In this document: positions 27,827 to 35,202 of the stretch, one piece after another
How the letters are laid out: the number at the start of each line of letters is the position of its first letter
Numbering within the stretch: the stretch's first letter is position 1
IMG/VR virus record: IMGVR_UViG_3300018079_000006
Length of the DNA stretch: 50,046 nucleotides
Strand: one strand, 5' to 3'
Source of the DNA: a virus
Notes under the pieces: model-generated
What the model was told of the DNA's origin: nothing
Seen by the model: the letters and a program-made list of their open reading frames with translations, nothing else
The model's database searches: none
Translations under genes and position numbers: made by a program

Positions 27827-29712
27827 TTTGCCTCTCTCCATGATTTAGCAATAATAGGGTCGAATACGATCGGCACGTTCAGTGCGAAGCCATGTCCAAA
27901 TTCGGCCAAGTATTTGAACGTCTTCAAGTGCGTCCACTGCACGTCATCGCGGTCGGCTTCGAACATGATCTCGTCATGAACTTGCAGGATTAGGTTCCAC
28001 TTCGGGAATTCTTCGTGGGCTAAAATCATTGTCTTCTGTGTGATATTGGCGGCACTTCCTTGGATCTTACTATTGACGCACTGCCGCTCGGCCTTCCATC
28101 CGTTTTCCCCTTTAAAGTTCAGGTGCCTGCGATGCCCGGCAATTGTCTCGACGTAGCCCAGTTCTCTACCACGCGCTACTTCTTCGTCCTTCCAGTTCCA
28201 GAAGACTTCGTACATCTCGGTGATGGCCTTATACGAGCGCTCCACCTCCCGAATGGAGAAATAGAATCCCTCCTCCGCGAGGTTGTCTTTGATCTTCGGA
28301 GGTCTGGCCCCGTAGCCCATGGCGAGGAAGCAGGTTCGTACCAGTTGTCGCTCCGGCGTGCCCTTGGAATAGTACTTCCCCAGAACTTCCATCGTTGTTT
28401 CTTCATAGATGTCCTTTCCTTCTTTGAAGACCTTTCTCATCATCGGGTCACCGGAGAAATGGGCCATCAATCTGGGCTCGATCTGGCTAAAGTCTCCGTT
28501 AACGAATACATTGTTGTCTTTTGGCCGGAACAAGCTTCGGATTTCCTTTCCAAGGCTGCCCCTTGATGGGACATTTTGGAGGTTTACCGGGTCGGACGAA
28601 GACAGCCTACCGGTTGCTGTTCCAGTCTGGTTGAAATGTGTGTGTAGTCTTCCATCCTTCTGGTGCTTCACCCATACCGCGAGGAACTGTAATGCCTTGT
28701 CGTACTCGCGGTATTTGATTAAATCCCCAATCCACGGATCTTGCCTACTGTGGTGAATTTTGAGCGTCTTAGAAGAGACGCTCGGTATGCACTTACCTGC
28801 CGGATGATCACATTTCTTCGCCGCGCATTTCGGAGCCTTGACTCTTGGTTTGAACCCAAAGCCCTTTAGTTCAAATTCACCATGGACTAACTCCCTTCCG
28901 ACCTTCTGGATGTCGAACCTCGTGTCAATTACGTCCGGCCAAACCCCTTCCTTTAGGTTTTCCATGTCGTACTTGTCTAGCCGGATCTTGGCCGGAAGCT
29001 TGTATTCCTTCGAGAACAACTGGTTGGCGATTTGGTCTCGACTGTTCAAATTAAACTGCTCGGGAAGTTTTGCGCCGTACCGCAAGTCTTTTTCCAACCC
29101 ACTGGCTAGGATAGAGTAGTCCAGTCGTAACTTATCGGTCATATTCATGCTGATCGGCAGGCCGTTTAGTTCCATGTCGAGCAAGACCTTGGAAAATGGC
29201 TCGTGCATATCCTTCCAGTAAGCCAAGGAACCGGCTGCTTCGAGCCTGCGATACATCTCAAAGTACAAGTCTTCGGTCATAGATAGGTCACGCCTATTGT
29301 AACGGCGCAGCTGATCCATCGGGGCCTGTCCGATAGGCACCAACTTACCATCATCACAACGGAAGTAGACTATTCCCTTCTGCCGGACAATCCTCTTGTC
29401 TGGGTCTATGTTCAAGTAGTTCTTGGAGCACCAATCCAGTGTCAACGGCGTAGTCTCGTCATATACGTAGCACATGACCTGGACATCCACGATAGGTCCG
29501 CCGATTTCGACACCGTGCTCGATCAACCAATGGTGGTCTGCCTTAGTAAATACAATCTTGCCGATCGACGGGTCTATCAACTTGTCGAAGGCGCCCGGCG
29601 GAATAGCATGGTACGGGTAAGAACTTCCACCAATCCCGAGTACTAGTAGCGGCTCGTCGTCTAGATTAGCATTCCACTCCAAGTCTAGAGTCACTAGTCC
29701 CTTAAGCGACAT
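27823..29712 (-). CDS. DNA polymerase, family A
   Basis: Motif A DFSQIEPRLMAHFSGD, motif B RQLVRTCFLAMGYG, motif C QVHDEIMFE, and an N-terminal TLDLEWN exonuclease-like motif. Confidence 0.9.
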   Translation of the reverse strand: MSLKGLVTLDLEWNANLDDEPLLVLGIGGSSYPYHAIPPGAFDKLIDPSIGKIVFTKADHHWLIEHGVEIGGPIVDVQVMCYVYDETTPLTLDWCSKNYLNIDPDKRIVRQKGIVYFRCDDGKLVPIGQAPMDQLRRYNRRDLSMTEDLYFEMYRRLEAAGSLAYWKDMHEPFSKVLLDMELNGLPISMNMTDKLRLDYSILASGLEKDLRYGAKLPEQFNLNSRDQIANQLFSKEYKLPAKIRLDKYDMENLKEGVWPDVIDTRFDIQKVGRELVHGEFELKGFGFKPRVKAPKCAAKKCDHPAGKCIPSVSSKTLKIHHSRQDPWIGDLIKYREYDKALQFLAVWVKHQKDGRLHTHFNQTGTATGRLSSSDPVNLQNVPSRGSLGKEIRSLFRPKDNNVFVNGDFSQIEPRLMAHFSGDPMMRKVFKEGKDIYEETTMEVLGKYYSKGTPERQLVRTCFLAMGYGARPPKIKDNLAEEGFYFSIREVERSYKAITEMYEVFWNWKDEEVARGRELGYVETIAGHRRHLNFKGENGWKAERQCVNSKIQGSAANITQKTMILAHEEFPKWNLILQVHDEIMFEADRDDVQWTHLKTFKYLAEFGHGFALNVPIVFDPIIAKSWREAK

Positions 29713-30163
29713 CCTTGATCCGCTCCCTCAACATCCGCGCGGCAGGACCCCCGGTCGGCCTGTCGTCAATCAGCACACCAATTTCAATCGCGTCTGCGAT
29801 AATGGCAGCCCCGGCTAGGATACCAGCCAGGTGGGTCTTGCCTGTCGCGCTCTCCGGGTCCACGTCCTCACCGTCAATCAGAGCGAAAGTATGGGCCAGG
29901 ATACCGCGCAGATACTGCATCAACTCGACTCTGCCTTCTCGCCAATTGAACGGGCCATACTTGGCGGCCCCTTCAGCCATCGCGTCTGAACCGAGAATGA
30001 CCCCCGCCATTGGGAACAGCTGAATTTGGGCCTTGCGGCTACCCATTTGGTTCTTCAAATTGCCGTCCCCAACTGCGTTATCAGAATCATTCATGCCGTC
30101 GCTGTAATAAGAATACATGGGGGAATCCGCATACCAAAGTCTTTCAATCTTACCATGGGTCAT
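29702..30163 (-). CDS. dATP/dGTP pyrophosphohydrolase-like protein (DUF5664-type)
   Basis: AAKYGPFNWREG ... LAHTFALIDGEDVDPESATGKTHLAGILAGA matches the KYG..NW / H...G.D.ESG..HL pattern of that family. Start is uncertain. Confidence 0.5.
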   Translation of the reverse strand: MTHGKIERLWYADSPMYSYYSDGMNDSDNAVGDGNLKNQMGSRKAQIQLFPMAGVILGSDAMAEGAAKYGPFNWREGRVELMQYLRGILAHTFALIDGEDVDPESATGKTHLAGILAGAAIIADAIEIGVLIDDRPTGGPAARMLRERIKDVA

Positions 30164-30740
30164 TGTGCCCGCCCTTCCCGTTGCTGATCTTGTCAACTAG
30201 GTTAACGACATCCTGCATCGTGTACGCTGTTGGGAACATGCCCTGCTCTTTAACATTTTGGCTTCTTGCGAATAAGATACCGACTCGGCCGGGTCTGGAC
30301 GCCACCCACCTATCCAACGTACTTGGCCGGTCGTCGATCAACACGTCGGCATTGGAGATATCTTCCTTACCGAAGTGGTTGGCGATCGTGACTTGATCGA
30401 ACGGGGGGTTATTGTATCCGAGCCAATTCCATACCACAGGCCTGGCCCATTCGGGTTTGTTGGTAACGATCTCAAGAGTGTGTCCCCGCGTCTTTAAGGT
30501 TTGGAGAGCATCTAGCGCCCCGGGCGTAGTCTTGGCATTGTACCAGTACTCCAAATGTATTTCAAGCCATTGGAGCCAGTCCATTCCCACGATATCGGAT
30601 GCGTGTTTAGACATGTCCCAGCCGTCGAGGATCAAACCTTCGCGGGTAATGGTAGCAGTTGGATGCTGCTCATTTACACTATCACACCATGCCTGCACGA
30701 AATCCACAAGAACATCGTCATAGTCAAAGGCTAGTTTCAC
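30150..30740 (-). CDS. HAD-family 5'(3')-deoxyribonucleotidase-like protein (NT5C-like)
   Basis: GTG 30740 in a GTGA overlap; motifs FDYDDVLVDF and VLIDDRP. Confidence 0.6.
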   Translation of the reverse strand: MKLAFDYDDVLVDFVQAWCDSVNEQHPTATITREGLILDGWDMSKHASDIVGMDWLQWLEIHLEYWYNAKTTPGALDALQTLKTRGHTLEIVTNKPEWARPVVWNWLGYNNPPFDQVTIANHFGKEDISNADVLIDDRPSTLDRWVASRPGRVGILFARSQNVKEQGMFPTAYTMQDVVNLVDKISNGKGGHNDPW

Positions 30741-31225
30741 CTCGACACCTCCCTGTAAGAGACTCCGGCCTCGTCCAGGTAAGATTGGGTCAGGGCAAAG
30801 GATTCCGCCCACCGGCTCATCATGCCTTTGGTATCTTCAGGCCAGACGAATCGCGAGATACCCGCTTGTAGCATGTGGACTACGCACCGGTCACAGCACA
30901 TGGTGGTTGTATAGAGCATGTAACCCCGTACTGGCTCGACTGCCGCTAGTAGAGCATTCATCTCGCAATGAACAATTCGGCTCAACTTCTTGGGCCGGTC
31001 AGCGTACAGCTCCTCATCGTCCCGCATGTTTCGCGGGAAGCCGTTGAAGCCCACGCTGGCGATCGAGCGATTCGGCCGCACGATGACAGCTCCGGTCTGC
31101 GTATTCGGGTCCTTGCTCCACGTCTTGATGAGACTTGCCATATCAAGGAATCGCTGATCCCACTTGTCTCTCTTTTCAAAAACTTCTGGCCAGAATTCGT
31201 TACTCCAGGTTTCTAGTTCCCTCAC
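30737..31225 (-). CDS. dCMP deaminase
   Basis: Zinc motifs VHCEMNALLAA and TMCCDRC; GTGA overlap at the start. Confidence 0.8.
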   Translation of the reverse strand: MRELETWSNEFWPEVFEKRDKWDQRFLDMASLIKTWSKDPNTQTGAVIVRPNRSIASVGFNGFPRNMRDDEELYADRPKKLSRIVHCEMNALLAAVEPVRGYMLYTTTMCCDRCVVHMLQAGISRFVWPEDTKGMMSRWAESFALTQSYLDEAGVSYREVSR

Positions 31226-31809
31226 GGTACGTACACCGCCTCCCGCCCATCGGGCTGCCAGATAGTCGGCGGGCCGATCCAGCCGATGTCGATGAGCGCC
31301 AGTCGCAGCTCGCGGTTTTGAACCACGTCGCCGACGACGCGCTCGATGATCTTCTCCTCGAACCCCGGGTATCGACCGTTAAAGCCCTCCCACTCCGCAA
31401 GGGTCACTTCGATTTTCGGGTTATCCAGCTTCAAGTCGGCACCTAAGTTCTTTTGGCTCTTGCTCCGGCCGTGCGCTGGATACAAATCCTCTTTGGTGTC
31501 ATGCGAGAGGACGGGTCCAAGCGGTGGTTCTTCCGCGCGAAGCAGCTCACCGTTCAACAACGGCAGGTCGAACCCGCGGATGTAATGCCCCACTACAAGA
31601 TCGGCCGACCTAACTGCGTTCGCAATTTCTCGGGCGATGTCGCCCGGAAGAACTTCGTAATGGGTCAACACTGTAGGATCATCTTCTCCGAAGGCATATG
31701 CTCCGGCAGTAATGATCTTCGACACATAATCCCCGCCGATCCAGTGCCCGGGCTTGCACTCCAAGTCAAAATACAGCACTCTCATCTCGGCAACTTGTCT
31801 AAGCTTCAT
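31222..31809 (-). CDS. 3'-5' exonuclease, DnaQ/RNase H-like fold
   Basis: Motifs YFDLECKPG and HYIRGFDLPLL. Confidence 0.6.
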   Translation of the reverse strand: MKLRQVAEMRVLYFDLECKPGHWIGGDYVSKIITAGAYAFGEDDPTVLTHYEVLPGDIAREIANAVRSADLVVGHYIRGFDLPLLNGELLRAEEPPLGPVLSHDTKEDLYPAHGRSKSQKNLGADLKLDNPKIEVTLAEWEGFNGRYPGFEEKIIERVVGDVVQNRELRLALIDIGWIGPPTIWQPDGREAVYVP

Positions 31810-32035
31810 CTGTCACCCCGCCCGGCCCAAGCATGTCCAAAGCATCTGCCCCAGGACCCAGAATGATATCGTCATTCAGACCCTCCTGGAACTGTTCCCA
31901 TGCCTCGTTTAGTGCTTCGTTGAGCTTGCGCTCTCGCCAAACCTGAGCCTCAAAATTGACGCGAGCAGTTACGGCCCGTTTGATCGCAGACCAGCTAAGT
32001 TCTGCCTCGCCCTTCTTTCTCGGTTGACCGTTCAT
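31799..32035 (-). CDS. Hypothetical protein
   Basis: 78 aa with GGAGGT SD upstream of the ATG. Confidence 0.55.
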   Translation of the reverse strand: MNGQPRKKGEAELSWSAIKRAVTARVNFEAQVWRERKLNEALNEAWEQFQEGLNDDIILGPGADALDMLGPGGVTDEA

Positions 32036-32091
32036 TTACTACCTCCTGCCTCCCGATTTGGTGGGCTAAACCCACTATCACCATTATACGG

Positions 32092-32163
32092 AGTGAGGCC
32101 CAGGAATCGAACCTGATCCTTCCGGGACACAACCGGACGGGCTACCACCCACCCCCGCCTCAC
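32092..32163 (-). tRNA. tRNA-His (anticodon GTG), atypical
   Basis: Minus-strand cloverleaf: acceptor GTGAGGC/GCCTCAC, D stem GGGT/GCCC, anticodon arm TCCGG-TTGTGTC-CCGGA, T arm TCAGG-TTCGATT-CCTGG. It has G8 and U37 and no encoded G-1 or CCA. Confidence 0.7.
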
Positions 32164-32399
32164 GTAAGCCGCCGGATGCGCGACACGATTCCGCGCGGGA
32201 TATGCGTAGTGCACCGACCCTCGCCGTTAACATTGGTCTCGCTTTCGACCGTAACGATATCCCCGTTACGGCGGAGAATGCCATACGTCGTCAGCGCGAA
32301 AGAATCCGCCCAGTCATTTTCGGAACTTTCTTCGTGAATACACCAGGCATCCTGCCATTCGACGGCGACGATATCCCCGATCTTAGCTTTTGTCGTCAT
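32160..32399 (-). CDS. Hypothetical protein
   Basis: ATG 32399 in a TAATG junction; the stop abuts the tRNA-His 5' end. Confidence 0.5.
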   Translation of the reverse strand: MTTKAKIGDIVAVEWQDAWCIHEESSENDWADSFALTTYGILRRNGDIVTVESETNVNGEGRCTTHIPRGIVSRIRRLT

Positions 32400-32530
32400 T
32401 ACACTTCTTCCTTCAGCCATTCGCGGATGATAACTACCTGATCGAACACGTCTCCCAGTGCTTCCTCGATTTCCCAATCCTCGGGCGGCTCCTCCTCAAA
32501 TCGGATCACCGCTTCCACCTCCCAAGACAT
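32399..32530 (-). CDS. Small acidic protein
   Basis: MSWEVEAVIRFEEEPPEDWEIEE..., with GGAGGAAGG upstream inside the end of the endonuclease VII gene. Confidence 0.5.
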   Translation of the reverse strand: MSWEVEAVIRFEEEPPEDWEIEEALGDVFDQVVIIREWLKEEV

Positions 32531-32531
32531 C

Positions 32532-33026
32532 CTAAACACCTTCCTCCTGCGACCGCTTCTCATACGCGTCGAGGTAATCGGCACCGCTTCGCAAGAGCTT
32601 TGCTGAGATTCGATGATTAAGAACAAACCTGTTACACACGTAGCAGGCTAGGCCCCTAACGAAACGCTTTCGCATAGTCGGAGCCATGTTCTTCCAGCCC
32701 CGGACGTGCTCGTGATCCGTGAACAACCTCCCACTCGGAGGTTTATTACCACAAACCCCGCAAACATATCCGCTGCTAGCGAGTAGTTGTAACCACTCGT
32801 CCTTAGTGATTCCATACTTCTCCAGAGTGCTGCTCGTTGGTATTAAGATTCCGTTGACGCCTTTTTGCGCTCCACCGGAGCTTTGCTTCTTCGATGCTGA
32901 TCCAGTTTCGTCTCGTGCGGAAGTAGGTCCGCTCGTATTCGTTGCACTGTGCGCGGAACACCGGGCACCAGTCGGATCGGCTCCCCCTGCGGGAATGTCC
33001 TCCGAGTTTGCAAGCTTTCGCGTCAT
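32532..33026 (-). CDS. Endonuclease VII-type junction-resolving nuclease
   Basis: VCGVCG...DHEHVRGW...RGLACYVCNRF matches the CxxC...DH.H...C..CN pattern. Confidence 0.7.
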   Translation of the reverse strand: MTRKLANSEDIPAGGADPTGARCSAHSATNTSGPTSARDETGSASKKQSSGGAQKGVNGILIPTSSTLEKYGITKDEWLQLLASSGYVCGVCGNKPPSGRLFTDHEHVRGWKNMAPTMRKRFVRGLACYVCNRFVLNHRISAKLLRSGADYLDAYEKRSQEEGV

Positions 33027-33607
33027 GCCTCACAGCGGGAATCAAGTTCCGCTCCCACGGCATCTACGAATTCCTCCGACCCGCCCGCGGCTAAGCCGTT
33101 CTGCCTCCACTCTTCCCGGGGCGTGCTTCCTAATTGAAGACCTTGGCACCAGATGAGCTGGACGTACCGCTCTGAATCCCCGGTTGCCCTCGAAACGTCT
33201 TGAAGAAACTGGTCAGCAGCTTCTTCAACTAGATCCGAGGTAGCGGATGGGGCGGTAGATGGAGTGGCAGCGGGGGAGGCCGGTGCTACGCTCGTAGCCC
33301 CCGAAACCAACCCCGCCGCCATGATGGCCGCGCCGAAGACAGCTGCCATCATAAAGACGGCCCATTTGCCCTGCCGCCTGCGCCTGTTGTCTTCACGCGC
33401 TGACCTCTCCCTTCGGTTGCCCTCATCGGCTTCTTTGTCCGGCCGCGGTGGTGGAGCCTCTGGCAATCCCATCATTGTCATTTCTTCCCACTCTTTCCAA
33501 TCCGGGTGCTCTTCCCGCCACTCGCGGCGCGCCCGCTCGTATTTGTAAAGGCCGTGCAAGATATACCACGCTAGGCCGCAGCTTGCGAGTACCAGAAGCG
33601 GGTTCAT
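33023..33607 (-). CDS. Two-TM membrane protein
   Basis: ATGA overlap at 33607; hydrophobic spans NPLLVLASCGLAWYILHGL and WAVFMMAAVFGAAIMAAGLV. Confidence 0.55.
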   Translation of the reverse strand: MNPLLVLASCGLAWYILHGLYKYERARREWREEHPDWKEWEEMTMMGLPEAPPPRPDKEADEGNRRERSAREDNRRRRQGKWAVFMMAAVFGAAIMAAGLVSGATSVAPASPAATPSTAPSATSDLVEEAADQFLQDVSRATGDSERYVQLIWCQGLQLGSTPREEWRQNGLAAGGSEEFVDAVGAELDSRCEA

Positions 33608-33729
33608 CCCCGTCCCCACAAAAGGTACAGCGCGACCAAAGCTGTGGCCGTGCTCCCCACAGTCCTCAAGACTGCGAGCCAGAAACTTAGCCGTTTGTAT
33701 TCTTCGGGTGTTAGTTTTCGTCTCATCAT
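33604..33729 (-). CDS. 41-aa membrane protein
   Basis: GAGGT SD before ATGATG; SFWLAVLRTVGSTATALVALYLLW. The longer ORF-track version runs through the tRNA-like element. Confidence 0.5.
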   Translation of the reverse strand: MMRRKLTPEEYKRLSFWLAVLRTVGSTATALVALYLLWGRG

Positions 33730-33816
33730 TACCTCAAGATAAGCTCCGCGGGAGACGAAGCGCTTCGCCCCCAGCCGTCGCCGGGCACCATAATCAGAGT
33801 GCCCCGCGGAGCGGAG

Positions 33817-33883
33817 TGGACGGGGTGGGAATCGAACCCACGTCCGGGTACACAAGCGTACACCGTCGAAACCTATCCCGCCC
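33817..33883 (-). ncRNA. Aberrant tRNA-like element (canonical acceptor and T arm, non-canonical D/anticodon region)
   Basis: Acceptor GGGCGGG/CCCGTCC (one G-U), T arm GTGGG-TTCGATT-CCCAC, discriminator A. Only 35 nt lie between them. The best central hairpin, GG(T)GTAC-GCTTGT-GTACCC, has a 6-nt loop. Confidence 0.45.
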
Positions 33884-33897
33884 GTATAGCTATCATC

Positions 33898-34167
33898 TCA
33901 TGCCTTGTCGCCATACTGAACTTTTGTTGTGTAGGTATAAGGAAGCCCAGAAATGAACGGCACGTTCCCCCTTATCTCTGCTTCGGCTTGCGCCCGAAGA
34001 TGAATATTCTCACCTTCCAGTTGTTGTACATAAGCTTCGATCATGCACAAGGCATTCCACGCATTAGCGTGCAAATTACCATCCTCCTCATCAGGGCTTA
34101 GAAATAGAGCTGATCGTACTGCCTTAAACTCTGTCTTCATCACTCGTATCGCCTCCTCAGCGAACAT
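33898..34167 (-). CDS. Hypothetical protein
   Basis: 89 aa, helical, packed between the lipoprotein gene and the tRNA-like element. Confidence 0.55.
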   Translation of the reverse strand: MFAEEAIRVMKTEFKAVRSALFLSPDEEDGNLHANAWNALCMIEAYVQQLEGENIHLRAQAEAEIRGNVPFISGLPYTYTTKVQYGDKA

Positions 34168-34549
34168 CGATGTCGGGTAGGATAACCGACGGCTTGAACA
34201 CTACGCGGTAGTGATACGTACTCACGCTCGCTGATTCCAGTTGCTCCACGAAGTAACTCACATTGTCGGACAAGCCCAGGAAGTGCTTCTTGAACTGACT
34301 CGGGCCAACCTTGCATGTCACCGACAACTCGCGGGCCTTGTCGCTGTTGCCAAGAGAGCAGCGACCCTCAATTGTGAGCATATATTCGCCAGTAATACCG
34401 TTGTAGAACACGACCCGGCGTAGGATCTCAAAGTTGTCGGCAGCTTTTGAGAGGTTCTGTGACGCCACGTCGGCATCACTGACACATGCGGTCGCGCCGA
34501 GCGCGAGAATGCATAGTGCAATGGTGATAATTCGGGTGACTTTATTCAT
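34157..34549 (-). CDS. Lipoprotein (signal peptide plus lipobox-like LGATAC)
   Basis: GGAGAA SD; MNKVTRIITIALCILALGATAC followed by a beta-rich body. Confidence 0.6.
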   Translation of the reverse strand: MNKVTRIITIALCILALGATACVSDADVASQNLSKAADNFEILRRVVFYNGITGEYMLTIEGRCSLGNSDKARELSVTCKVGPSQFKKHFLGLSDNVSYFVEQLESASVSTYHYRVVFKPSVILPDIDVR

Positions 34550-35049
34550 TGTTTTCTCCTCTGTGTGGTTGGTAAGCATCGGGGATAAACACGAGTCGTC
34601 CCGGCCCAAGTTCCTGAAGCCACCGCTTCTCATCCGGGTCATACGGCATGATGTCGGCCCAGCCTTCCTCGTTCTCCGTGTCGTCGGCTTGCAGCCCTAC
34701 GAAGGCATAAGTACCGTCAATCCGCACGCTGCGAGGATAGGGTACGGTGAACCATGGTACCCCGCAGCGGCGCGTACATGTCGTCCAGAGACCCGATGTA
34801 GTCTACGCTACGCTTCAGCACCTCAGCCCTAGGACAGGGTGAGGTCAGCGCAGTGGTAGACAGGCGCGTACCGCGCTCTTGGTGCTCTCCCAGAGCCGCC
34901 TGGATTATCTCGAAGGTCCACGGTGACCACTTCGGGTTCGGCGCTGACGAGGCCAGCAGTGCCTCGTCCAGCGTCAGCCAATTAGGCAGCCTGCCGGCAC
35001 GCGCATGCGCGCGTTCGTAATGAGACGGGTCAACTATGCCCACCAACAT
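34542..35049 (-). pseudogene. Frame-disrupted, shortened paralogue of the Cas4-like nuclease 26329-27240
   Basis: Residues 1-105 align with the nuclease N-terminus (LPNW, STTALT..C...EVLKR..DYIG, LRGT..HRTL). Similarity continues in the +1 frame (RIDGTYAFVGLQADD vs EVDGIEISGQPD). The (D/E)xK and C-terminal Cys cluster are absent. Confidence 0.55.
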
Positions 35050-35202
35050 TTACTCGCCCTCCAATAGCACGCTCATGTACCACTTGTCCGGGTTCCTTGT
35101 AGCCAAGTGGGACGAAAGTACCTCTATGATACGCCAACCGGCCAGTTCTGGACCGCTCATCGTTCCATCTTCAAATGTAAGCTGCGCTACCCGGTAAACC
35201 AT
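35050..35202 (-). CDS. 50-aa hypothetical protein (split from the ORF-track 273-aa ORF)
   Basis: GGAGGAGG SD 5 nt before ATG 35202; a TAATG junction with the stop of the +1 frame. Confidence 0.5.
   Translation of the reverse strand: MVYRVAQLTFEDGTMSGPELAGWRIIEVLSSHLATRNPDKWYMSVLLEGE

Noticed and set aside
32032-32284. ORFs 32032-32214 and 32084-32284 on the minus strand
   Set aside because: They translate through the tRNA-His gene. No SD is present, and the neighbouring genes already account for the flanks.
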